Source: an uncultured Phycisphaerales bacterium
GTDB lineage: Bacteria > Planctomycetota > Phycisphaerae > Tepidisphaerales > Tepidisphaeraceae
Length of the DNA stretch: 64,000 nucleotides
Assembly: GCA_963758525.1 (NCBI GenBank)
Contig: CAVWVQ010000003.1
Location: 2,304,001 to 2,368,000 of the forward strand
Direction: 5' to 3'
The notes under the pieces are model-generated. The model saw nothing but the letters and a program-made list of their open reading frames with translations, was not told where the DNA came from and did no database searches. Positions 19,671 through 29,310 of the stretch are shown here, one piece after another. Numbering within the stretch: the stretch's first letter is position 1; each line of letters starts with the position of its first letter. The position numbers and the translations under genes are program-made.

Positions 19671-20297
19671 ATGGCCACCTGCATAGAACACGAACCCCTG
19701 AATCCGCGCGAGAATTTCGGCTTCTTCTCCCCGACCGCCGCCCGCCTCCGCGTACAGCGCGACGGCGGGAACATCATCCGCAGCGCCGGCATCCCGAAAC
19801 CCGTCGTGCTGGTAGACACCCGCGAACAACTCCCTCTGCCTTTATTCGCCAATCATCGCAACTGGATCGCCGGCGAGCGGCGGGTTGCCCTCAAGACGGG
19901 GGACTACTCAATTGAAGGCATGGAAAATCTGCTCGCGTTGGAACGCAAGAGTCTGGCCGACATGGTCGACTGCACCGTCACGAGTCGCCAGCGGTTTCTG
20001 CTCTGTTGCTCACGGCTGGCGACTTTTCGCTGGAAAGCCATCCTCATCGAGGCTTCGTACGAAGACATCAAGCGTGGCTGGGACACGGATGAAATCCAAT
20101 CCGATGTCCATCCCAACGCCGTCTGCGGACTGCTGGACGCCATTGAGGCCAAGTTTGGCATTCCCATCCTCCTCACCTCCCGGCATCGGGATCTGGCGAC
20201 CGAGCGTGCCGCCAGCTGGCTTTCCAAGCACTTCACATATTGGTGGCTGGAGCAGAATGGATATGGGCGAATTCTGATCGATACTGACAGGCTTTAA
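19671..20297 (+). CDS. ERCC4-domain nuclease-like protein
   Basis: VDTREQLP, LKTGDYS, LERKSLAD (the ERK motif of XPF/ERCC4). Confidence 0.9.
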   Translation: MATCIEHEPLNPRENFGFFSPTAARLRVQRDGGNIIRSAGIPKPVVLVDTREQLPLPLFANHRNWIAGERRVALKTGDYSIEGMENLLALERKSLADMVDCTVTSRQRFLLCCSRLATFRWKAILIEASYEDIKRGWDTDEIQSDVHPNAVCGLLDAIEAKFGIPILLTSRHRDLATERAASWLSKHFTYWWLEQNGYGRILIDTDRL

Positions 20298-20494
20298 GTT
20301 ATTTCAAAAGTGCCACGAAGCCGGCTTGTTCGGAATGGTGATCGCCAGTCAGAGCTTCGACGAGCCCCGCTGCCGCATAACCACGAATGAAATGCACCAC
20401 AAGGGCTTGCCTGGAACTTCGCGCACGCCCCGCTCGCCAAATGGCGAAAAAGGCTTGTTCGCTCAGATAGCTTCGAGTACGGTCCGGAGGCAAA

Positions 20495-21157
20495 ATGCCT
20501 GCTATGAAGATATGGCTCCCTACGATTGTCGCATTCTATTCGCTTGCAATCGCAAGCGATCCGCTCTTTGCACAAGCAACACAGCCCACGACGCAGCCAA
20601 GCGGCAGCGTAACCGGCACAATCAAATTGCCGGCAGGAGCCGTCACATCCCAAATCGTCATCTACCTTTCGCCCGGCGAACATCAGTCAATCGCGGCACC
20701 GGCGCAGGCGGTGAAGGTGTCACAGAAGGGCGCGACATTCAGCCCCGCGCTCGTTGTGGTTTGCGTGGGTCAAACCGTCGATTTCGTGAACGACGAAAAC
20801 CGGCTGATCGAGCACAATGTTTTTTCGAATTCCCCCGCCAGGCAGTTTGACCTTGGCCTGTACAAGCCGGGAGATTTCCGCTCCGTGACGTTCGACAAGC
20901 CGGGCGCGGTGCTGGTGTATTGTTCAGTTCATCGCCAGATGGACGGCGCGATTTATGTAGCGCCTACTCCTTATTTCTGCGTCGTCGCGCGGGATGGCAA
21001 CGGAGGAGATCCGAAGTACCAGATCAACAGCGTGCCGGATGGGCGATGGGTCGTCGCGACCTGGCAACGGCGGCGGCGATTTCACGAGGCGCAAGCCGCC
21101 GTCGTGGTGGAAGCTGGAAAACGGTGTGAGCAGGATCTGCAACTGGACGAAAAATGA
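20495..21157 (+). CDS. Secreted cupredoxin-like protein with a carboxypeptidase-regulatory-like beta domain
   Basis: Signal peptide; QKGATFSP, GQTVDFVN, HNVFS, FDLGLY, YCSVHRQM. Confidence 0.82.
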   Translation: MPAMKIWLPTIVAFYSLAIASDPLFAQATQPTTQPSGSVTGTIKLPAGAVTSQIVIYLSPGEHQSIAAPAQAVKVSQKGATFSPALVVVCVGQTVDFVNDENRLIEHNVFSNSPARQFDLGLYKPGDFRSVTFDKPGAVLVYCSVHRQMDGAIYVAPTPYFCVVARDGNGGDPKYQINSVPDGRWVVATWQRRRRFHEAQAAVVVEAGKRCEQDLQLDEK

Positions 21158-21888
21158 GCGTACCTCGAACGCTGCTGAGCCTTGCCTTGATCGCAGCCGG
21201 TTGCACTTCGAATCGGCCCGGCGACACGGCGGCTTCGGGTCCGCCAACCGCGGTGCTGCGATTGCAAGTCGTCGCGGAGCCCAAGAGCGGGCTGCCTCCT
21301 GAAGCGGCCGAGGCGATAGAATCAGATGATCCGCCGGTCACTCCGGGAATGGAAGTGTTAAACTATGCCAGGCTCCCGGGCATCGTGGTCTGGCTGGAAC
21401 CGGCGAACTTCATTGCGACAAGCTCTTCGGGGGCCATCACTTCCTCGATCGATGTCGATCCCCGGCGCGCTGCCCGTGGGGTGGCCGCGGCCGTCAGTGT
21501 CGGGCAGCGAATCGTGCTGCACAACACGAGCGGCGATCCCGCGGATTTTTACAGCGTTTCTGATGGGAATGATTTTGACCTCGGGCGGATCGCGCCCGGC
21601 GCCAGTGCCTCGTACACCGTCAAATCCGCGGGCCTGATCGACGTGCTGACCGATTCGGTGGGCGAACCGGTGGCGCGTGTTTATGCAGCTCCCTCGCCGT
21701 GGGTTCGGCTCACGACATCCGGCAAGACCATCCAGTTCGAGGGACTGATACCCGGCCGATATATCGTCGGCACCTGGCATCCTCGGTTGCCCGGACGCCG
21801 GTTCCCCGTTGTCCTCACCGCCGATCAGGTCACGATTGCCACGGCGAAAGTCGGCGTGAACGACTTGCCGAAGATTTCATCCCGTTGA
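21154..21888 (+). CDS. Lipoprotein, degenerate paralog of the upstream cupredoxin-like protein
   Basis: Lipobox IAAGC; VGQRIVLHN, FDLGRI, WHPRLP; ATGA overlap. Confidence 0.75.
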   Translation: MSVPRTLLSLALIAAGCTSNRPGDTAASGPPTAVLRLQVVAEPKSGLPPEAAEAIESDDPPVTPGMEVLNYARLPGIVVWLEPANFIATSSSGAITSSIDVDPRRAARGVAAAVSVGQRIVLHNTSGDPADFYSVSDGNDFDLGRIAPGASASYTVKSAGLIDVLTDSVGEPVARVYAAPSPWVRLTTSGKTIQFEGLIPGRYIVGTWHPRLPGRRFPVVLTADQVTIATAKVGVNDLPKISSR

Positions 21889-21915
21889 ATCCCTCCGTCG
21901 GGGAACGCTCTCATC

Positions 21916-23826
21916 ATGCGGCTGGGCACCAAAATCCTCCTGCTGATGCTGACGATCACGATCGGCTCTTCTGCGATGGTCACATGGATCGTCACGCGTC
22001 GCGTCACGCAATATGAATCCGACAATGCCAACGAACTCATCTCGCTGACGATCAACCGTTATCTCCGGCAACTCGACGCGAATTATCAGCAGTTCAGTCA
22101 CGTGGTGCGGGCGATGCTGGGTGATCCCGAGCCAAGGTCGCTGCTGCAGGCCGCCGATGACCCGGCCGGCGCGGCGGCACGCGCGCAACTCGGCGAGGAG
22201 GTGCTGGGTCGTGACGTGCAAACGGAACTGGCCAGCCAGGGCGCGGCGCCCGCGTTCCACGTGCTGACGAATCTCGCGCATGAGGTGGTTTTGGTAGCGG
22301 TGCCCGGCGCCGATCGCCGGCTCGAAAAGCTCCTGAGCGAACAGGTCACCAATTGGCCGGTGGACGAGGTGATCGGTTCGAGGAATCGACCAGTCATTCG
22401 CTATGTTTCGGCCGACGGAAAACTTTTTATGACAATGGGGATACCGCTCCAGGAGCAGCTCGATGAACCGCCCACGCACGCCTATTTCGTCGGCTTCCGC
22501 ATCGACGACAACTGGGTGCGCGGCCAACTCCTGGCGGAGCATCCCGCGCCGGGGTCGACGCTCATCCCGTTGGAGGCGTGGTTTGTCCTGGATCAAAAAG
22601 TCGTCGCATGCGGCTCGTCGGACCCGGCAGACACGGTATGCGGTCGTTTCAATCCGTCGGGGATGACCCGCAGAATTGACAGTGGCAAATCTGACCGCCC
22701 GGAGGTGAACCTCGTGACCTTCGATCTGGCGGGCGATCGGTTTGTGGGACAATCCGTCGATCTCCGCGGCCAGGTTCGGGACGGGAAAGTGGTTCTTGCC
22801 GGTTCACTGGACCAGGCGCTCGCGCCGCTGCACGCGCTGCAGCGATATATCCTGTTGACGACCCTCATCGCCTGCTGCATCGCGATCGTTGCCTGCCGCG
22901 CGATCGCCTGGACGATCTCGCGGCCGATCCGGGAGTTGGTTGCCGGAACCCGGCGGATCGCCGCGGGCCGCTTTGATACCCCCGTTCTCATCAAGCGCCG
23001 CGACGAATTGGGAACACTGGCGAGCAGCTTCAATCAGATGTCCGAGGGGTTGAGAGAGCGCGAAGAGCTGCTGCAACAGCGAGCCAAAACCGAACGGGAA
23101 TTGGCGGTTGCGCGGCAGATTCAGATGGATGTTCTTCCCGAGCATTTGCCGGTCTGCGCCGGGTACGATCTGGCGGCAATGTCCGTTCCGGCGGAACAGA
23201 CCGGGGGAGACATTTACGATCTGCTGACGCTGGCCGCCGGGCCCCGCGTCTTCATTCTCCTTGCTGATGCGACCGGCCACGGCATCGGGCCGGCGCTGTC
23301 GGTCACACAGGTGCGATCGATGCTGCGCATCGGCCTTCGATTGGATGCATCGCTGGAAGATCTGTTGTGGCAGGTCAATGCGCAACTTCATCAGGACCTG
23401 GGCTCGAGCCGGTTCGTGACCGCGTTCCTTGGCATCCTCGACCCGGTCGGGCATCGAGTCAGCTATCACTCCGCCGGGCAGGGCCCCTTGCTCCATTTCC
23501 ACGCGAAGGATCGGCGGTTTGAATGGCTCGCGTCGTCGATGCCGCCGCTGGGCGTCCTCGCAGGCGCCGAGACCGATGGCCCGCACTGCATCATGCTCGA
23601 GCCGGGCGACTGCCTCGCGCTGCTCACCGACGGCTTCTATGAATATCGCGATTCTCAACGCCAACTGTTCGGCAAAACACGCGTCATGCAGACGGTACTG
23701 AATTTCCAGAATCGGCCGGCGGCCGAACTGCTCGGGCAGCTCTACGCCGACATTCAGGGGTTTGCGGCGGGCGAGCTGCAACTGGATGACATGACCGGCG
23801 TGATCATTCGCCGTCTGGAAGCGTAG
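21916..23826 (+). CDS. Membrane HAMP plus SpoIIE/PP2C protein-serine phosphatase
   Basis: Two TM segments; HAMP DELGTLASSFNQM; GGDIYD, ADATGHG, TDGFYE, DDMT. Confidence 0.92.
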   Translation: MRLGTKILLLMLTITIGSSAMVTWIVTRRVTQYESDNANELISLTINRYLRQLDANYQQFSHVVRAMLGDPEPRSLLQAADDPAGAAARAQLGEEVLGRDVQTELASQGAAPAFHVLTNLAHEVVLVAVPGADRRLEKLLSEQVTNWPVDEVIGSRNRPVIRYVSADGKLFMTMGIPLQEQLDEPPTHAYFVGFRIDDNWVRGQLLAEHPAPGSTLIPLEAWFVLDQKVVACGSSDPADTVCGRFNPSGMTRRIDSGKSDRPEVNLVTFDLAGDRFVGQSVDLRGQVRDGKVVLAGSLDQALAPLHALQRYILLTTLIACCIAIVACRAIAWTISRPIRELVAGTRRIAAGRFDTPVLIKRRDELGTLASSFNQMSEGLREREELLQQRAKTERELAVARQIQMDVLPEHLPVCAGYDLAAMSVPAEQTGGDIYDLLTLAAGPRVFILLADATGHGIGPALSVTQVRSMLRIGLRLDASLEDLLWQVNAQLHQDLGSSRFVTAFLGILDPVGHRVSYHSAGQGPLLHFHAKDRRFEWLASSMPPLGVLAGAETDGPHCIMLEPGDCLALLTDGFYEYRDSQRQLFGKTRVMQTVLNFQNRPAAELLGQLYADIQGFAAGELQLDDMTGVIIRRLEA

Positions 23827-23998
23827 AAGTTGTGGTCGGACTGAATCAGGTCGCCGACACGATCATCGGCCGTCAGGGGCCTGTCGGTTTGGGCGTTGGC
23901 GTGTGAGTTGCGAACATCCGGCGACTCTAGTCCTTCGCACTTGCCGACTACCACCACTTCTTCATCGCGGCCGAATTGTTCCTGCCTACAATCTCGGC

Positions 23999-24505
23999 AT
24001 GGCTCCCGGCTCCGACATCACGTGGTCGATCCGTTCCTTCCGACCGGAAGACGCGGATGCCTGCAAGATGCTTTACCACGACGCGCTGCTCGGCGGAAAA
24101 AAGCTTGCGGAAAACGACACCGGTCTGGACATCGATGACATCCAGGGTGTTTACATGGAACACTCGGGCAATCACGTCTGGGTGGCCGAGTCGGATGGTC
24201 AGATCGTGGGTATGGTGGCGGTGCAGCATAACGATGAAAGCGTTGGCGAAATCCGCCGGCTGCGGGTTGCTGAACGCTACCGCCGTCGCGGGATTGGCAG
24301 CGCACTGCTGGAGCGGGCGTTGGCGTTCTGCCAGGAGTGTGAATATTCGAAGATCACGCTGGACACGTTCATCGAACGCGAGCCGGCAGTCCGATTATTC
24401 GAGAAATTCCGCTTTCATCATGATCACACGCGAAATCTTGCCGGCAAAGATTTGCTCTATTTTTACGTGGATTTGTACACCGGGCCGCCACGGCCGCATC
24501 ATTGA
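23999..24505 (+). CDS. GNAT-family N-acetyltransferase
   Basis: EIRRLRVAERYRRRGIGSALL, AVRLFEKFRF. Confidence 0.88.
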   Translation: MAPGSDITWSIRSFRPEDADACKMLYHDALLGGKKLAENDTGLDIDDIQGVYMEHSGNHVWVAESDGQIVGMVAVQHNDESVGEIRRLRVAERYRRRGIGSALLERALAFCQECEYSKITLDTFIEREPAVRLFEKFRFHHDHTRNLAGKDLLYFYVDLYTGPPRPHH

Positions 24506-24526
24506 CCTGCGGAAGCAGAGGGGGCA

Positions 24527-24666
24527 GCGCAATGAGTCCGGCGACAAGTCGCTCGGCTGCGCGCTGGCGCGACGACTGCACCCCCTTGAGTTCGATTAGT
24601 CCCGCCGTGGCGCGCCAGAGTCGCGCCAGCGCACAGCCGAGCGACTTGTCGCCGGGCTCATTGCGC
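24527..24666. repeat. 47-bp inverted repeat pair (REPIN/MITE-like) between convergent genes
   Basis: 24527..24573 against 24620..24666 with 2 mismatches; each arm holds a gcgac-aa-gtcgc mini-palindrome. Confidence 0.88.
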
Positions 24667-24746
24667 GGGCCGGGATCGCGTCGCGTTAACCCCGAATCAC
24701 CGAATTTCAAAAGGGGCGGTACAGTCGCGGCAGCGCGGCGCCCGCA

Positions 24747-25994
24747 TCAGCGCGCGGGCGTTGATACCGCCAGCCGGTCGAGGATGACGGGCAGCGCCGC
24801 GGGCGGCGATTGTTCGCTTCCGACAAACAGCGAGCAGTGGTCCGCGGGAAGGATCACCATGTCTTTCACGCCGGCCAACCTCGTGCTGCGGACGCTGACG
24901 GGGCCATCGGAATGGCCGGTGCTTTCGGCCAGTCGCTGCGCCTTGCGCTCGAGGCCATTTTCAAGCTGCCGGACGCCCCACCAATCGGCTGCGCAGTTGG
25001 GCGTCCACCCTTCGATCCTGCGGGCCCACTCCGACTCGAAAGTCGCGACGGCACTGTGCGAACCCCCGATCACCGTATAGCGCACGCCGGCGCGGCGCGG
25101 CTGGGCATTGAGCCGATCGAGAAAGTCGGAGCCAGGCAGGCAATCGCCCGCGCCTTCGCCCAGCCCCTCGGTCACGACCCATGACCATCGCCAGTCCGGA
25201 TCCGTCCGCGACAGCGCATATTGCTTTTGCGCCTTGAGCAACAGATGCAGCCGCGCCCATTGCGAGCCGCTGTTGGGTGTTCCGACCATGATCAGATGAT
25301 CCACGCCGCCGTGGTAATCGGCTCCCTCCACATAGGCGCGGGCGATCAGCCCGCCCATGCTGTGGCCGATCAGATCAACGCGAATGGCGTTGAACATCTC
25401 ATGCAACGCGGTGAGATGCCGGTCGAGCAGCTTCACGTCGTCCGCGATTGCCTGATCGGCCGGATAGCAAAAATATGCAACCTGCACTCCGCGCTCCTCA
25501 AGCAGCGCGCCCATCGGCCGAAGCATCGAGCGGTCACAATCGAGCCCGTGGATCAGCACCACCAGATTCTTCGCTGGGTCGACTCGCGCTGGAAGGAATA
25601 AGCCGTAGCGTCGCGCTTGCGCGGCAGTCGCCTGCGGGTTGTCGGCAGCGACAAACGTCCGCAAAGTCTCCTTGGTTTGTTCGACGGAGCGGGGGAAGTG
25701 CTCTGAGTCAAACCGGAACATCAGGACGTTGTCGGAAATCGTGATCCGCCAGCCATCTCCGCAGGACGCGTTGAGAGCCTGCAGAAACAGGGATCCGCGC
25801 CAGCCGTTCAAATCGATCTGGCCGCGCCCCGCATGCCACGCGGGCAGATGCACGCCCTCGCACGCGGCCGCGGCAAGATCGGACAAGGCCAGTCGACCGT
25901 CATGCAACGGGAGCCGAATTTCATGCGGGCTGGCGAGCGCCGGCACCGAAGCCGAGAAAATTCCCAGCACGCCCAGAAGAATGGTAACTTTCAT
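24747..25994 (-). CDS. Secreted alpha/beta hydrolase (lipase/PGAP1-like)
   Basis: Signal peptide; VLIHGL, GHSMGG, GTPNSGS, SDGPVS, DH. Confidence 0.87.
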   Translation of the reverse strand: MKVTILLGVLGIFSASVPALASPHEIRLPLHDGRLALSDLAAAACEGVHLPAWHAGRGQIDLNGWRGSLFLQALNASCGDGWRITISDNVLMFRFDSEHFPRSVEQTKETLRTFVAADNPQATAAQARRYGLFLPARVDPAKNLVVLIHGLDCDRSMLRPMGALLEERGVQVAYFCYPADQAIADDVKLLDRHLTALHEMFNAIRVDLIGHSMGGLIARAYVEGADYHGGVDHLIMVGTPNSGSQWARLHLLLKAQKQYALSRTDPDWRWSWVVTEGLGEGAGDCLPGSDFLDRLNAQPRRAGVRYTVIGGSHSAVATFESEWARRIEGWTPNCAADWWGVRQLENGLERKAQRLAESTGHSDGPVSVRSTRLAGVKDMVILPADHCSLFVGSEQSPPAALPVILDRLAVSTPAR

Positions 25995-26264
25995 TCGATC
26001 TCCGCGAAAAGCTCTCGCGCGACTGCGAGCGATATCAACATAGACAACTACTGCCCAAATTGGCGAGTGATCGGGCATTAGATTCCGTAGCCGATATTAT
26101 CATCGGAATTTTCCTGAGTCAGCCCGAATTTCACTTTGCTGTAGCTTGCTCTCTGGAGCGCCCGCCGGTTATTCTGACGCACGTCCATGTATCCGCAGGT
26201 TGTTGCCGCGGAACTTGACCCACGACCGGCGATGGTTGCCGGCAATGGAAGGCAGGGTATTGCG

Positions 26265-27310
26265 ATGAACGCACCCAATTCTGATTTCACGTCGCGCGCT
26301 GCGCGCGTTTCCGGAACAAACTATAAATTCCAGCGGCTGCGGGAGGAGATCCGCCGCGCAGTCGCCTCCGGCGAGTTGCAGGGAAAGCTCCCTGGCGAGC
26401 GCATCCTGGCCGCGCGTTTCAAAGCCAATGCGAAGACCCTCAGCAAAGCGCTGACCGACCTGGCCGCCGAAGGCATCCTCGAGCGCATCATCGGCCGCGG
26501 GACCTTCGTCAAAGGTTCGCTCCATTCATCCGATGCCCTTGGCCGCTGGCTGCTGCTGACAAACCCGACCGGGATTGCTTCGCCGCTGCTCGACGCGATC
26601 GGCGTTCTGAATCCGAATCATCAACTGGCCCACGATGTCAGCGGACTGCGGCCCAGCTTTCTCGCTCAGTTCAGCGCGGTGATCGATCTGGCGTCGTGCG
26701 CGCCCGATGCGTTTCTGCGCGATCTGACCGTCCGCAACATTCCGGTGGTTCTGATTGATCGTGAGCCAGGCTCGCTGTCGCTGCACGCGGTGCTGCTCGA
26801 CGCGGCGCTCGGGGCGCCCGGCTGGCCCGGGAGATGCTGCTTGCAGGACACCGCAAGCTGATTGCCGTCGAGCGCCACCATTCCTCGCTCCTGGGTCACT
26901 CCGTGCGGCAGGTTGCCGCGCGATATGCGGCGGACGCGACGGTGGAAGTCTGCGCCCCTCATGAGCTTGGGGCAATCATCGACGGCAGGGCAACCGGGAT
27001 TATCTGCGACTCCGCTGATGCCGCCGCGGCAGTCCGCGACATGGCAAACTCGTTCGGATTGCAGATACCCGAACAACTGTCGCTTGCGGCGGTCGGGTGC
27101 GCCGCCGCGCCCGTACCAGCCAGCGGCTATTACATTTCTCCCTCTGCGCTGGCCGCCGTGATTGCCGGGGTGCTGCGCGAAGCGCAGATCGCGCGCCCCG
27201 CGGTTTTGTGGCTCAACGGCGAATGGAGCGATGCTGGAAGCATCTCTTTGGTCGGGGCCGCACCGACCGCTGACCACCCCAATCCGCTGCGCATGGGCTT
27301 GGCGATTTAG
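26265..27310 (+). CDS. GntR-family regulator with LacI-like effector domain (frameshift near 26812)
   Basis: KLPGERILA, KALTDLAAEG, GRGTFV; continuation frame has FGLQIPEQLSLAAVG. Confidence 0.85.
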
Positions 27311-27352
27311 AGAGCGTTTCAGCACCGGAAAATCTTACTCCGGCCCCGGACT

Positions 27353-27529
27353 AGGGTTTAGGGGTTCAGGGTGTCAGGGTTCAGGGTTCAGCGGAAAACC
27401 TGCGATACTGAAACCTTGACACCCCGAACCCTTAACCCGGGTTAACCCTAAACCTTGACTCCCTGAACCCTGACCCCTGACACCCTGACCCCTGACCCCT
27501 GACCCCTGACCCCTGACCCCCTGAACCCT
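27353..27529. repeat. AGGGTTC / GACCCCT heptamer array, G-rich arm followed by an inverted C-rich arm
   Basis: agggtttaggggttcagggtgtcagggttcagggttcag ... (ctgaccc/ctgaacc)n. Confidence 0.9.
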
Positions 27530-27595
27530 CACCACCGCTTCTCAGCTTCCGGCTTGGAAGGTAGGCGCACTTCGGCAGGTCGCTACGATGCGTTG

Positions 27596-28887
27596 ATGCT
27601 GCAGCGGCGAACCTGGCAGGAAGAACTGGCGATCATCGACTGGACGATGAAAGCCATCTCCGGCGTCACCGATCCCGCCCAACTGGTCGAGGTCTACTGG
27701 ACCGGGATCGGCGAGCTGATCGAGATGGGCGATTACGTCGCGTTGTCCCGGCGAAACGTCGAGCCGCCCTTCTATCTGGTCACGCGATCCTCTCGGTTTA
27801 CCGAACACCCCAATCCCTGGACGCAGCGGGAGCGCCTGCCAATGCTTTCCGGCGGACTGTTGGGCGAGCTCGCGTATGCGAATCAGCCGGTTCTGATCGA
27901 AGATCTTCCCGCGCGCGTCAGCGACGACGACCCTGGCCGGTTTTACCTCCAAGGCTTTGAGAAGCTGCTGGCGCTGCCGCAATACGATAACGGGGAGGGA
28001 ATCAACGTCACGGTGATGCTTCTGGAGCCGGGGATGGAATTCGATACAGCAAAGATTCCCTCCCTCCACTGGCAGGCCGGGCTGTTTGGACGCGGCACGC
28101 AGAACCTGGTGCTGCGCAACCAGCTCACCGATGCCCTCGCGTCGCTCAACCGCGAGCTCGAAACCGTCGGCGCCATTCAGCGCTCTCTGCTGCCCGATGC
28201 GCTCCCCGCCATCGCCGGGTTCGAATTGGCCGCGCACTACCGCACCAGCGCCCGCGCCGGCGGCGATTACTACGATTTTTTCCCCCTCGACGATGGCGGG
28301 TGGGGACTATTTATCGCCGACGTGGCGGGCCATGGAACCCCGGCCGCGGTACTGATGGCCATCACGCATGCCATTGCTCACGCACAACCCCGCGCCCACA
28401 CACCGCCTGGCGTGTTGCTCGATTATCTGAACCGGCGGCTCACCCGAGCCTACACGCACGGCGGAGCGTTTGTAACGGCGTTCTACGCGGTGCTCGATCC
28501 GCCCACCCGCACGTTGATCTATGCCCGCGCCGGCCATAATCCGCCGAGGCTGGTGCGCAACCGGCGTGTTCTTTCGCTCGACGGCCACGGCGGCCTGCCG
28601 CTGGGAATTCTCGAAGAGCACAGCTACGAGCAGTCGTCGGTGGAACTGCAGCCCGGCGATCTCCTGCTCCTCTACACCGACGGCATCACCGAAGCCGCTG
28701 CTCCCCTCAAAACAGGCGAAGAGCGCGAACTGTTTGGCGTTGAACGCCTTGATGCACTGCTGCTGGACTGCGCCCCTGCAGCCCGGCTGAGTGTATCAGC
28801 CAAATTCAAGCCGGCATCGCGACCTTCGCTGCCAATGCCCCGCCGACGGACGATCAGACGCTTCTGGCAATCCGATGCGTTGCATAG
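27596..28887 (+). CDS. SpoIIE/PP2C phosphatase with a GAF-like N-terminus (frameshift near 28777)
   Basis: IQRSLLP, GGDYYD, ADVAGHG, AGHNPP, YTDGITE; terminal DDQT lies in the shifted frame. Confidence 0.9.
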
Positions 28888-29310
28888 GAGCAGCGGGGGC
28901 CGCCGTGAGCCGGGGTCAGCCGCAATACCGTCCAGTAAATGTTCGCGATGGGGGGAATTCTAGTGTTTGTCGTTCGAGTACGTACGCCGCCAACGCATTG
29001 CGGCTCATTCGCGGGAATGCATCCGCTCCAATGTCAATCCATCCGACGAAATCCGCTGAAACTGGTAACGGCCCTTCCGATCGGCTACGCTCTTGCAGGA
29101 ACGTGGGTGTCGGCCGTTGAATATTGGCATAAATGCCGATAATACATGGTCCAACGGGTTCCCCACGGTCGATGATGCTGGCGATGGATCGCTGGCGAAG
29201 CGCTCGACGATGTGGCTGGCGGACGCCGAAAGATGCGGTGCCGCTTCATGTCAAGGAAGCTTTTGTTCGGCGCGTCGATCCGACATTCTGGAGTGTTCGG
29301 AGGTTTGTAA

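Noticed and set aside
28890..29310. ORFs or structured RNA upstream of dxs
   Set aside because: The track ORFs here have no protein-like features, and I found no convincing structure.
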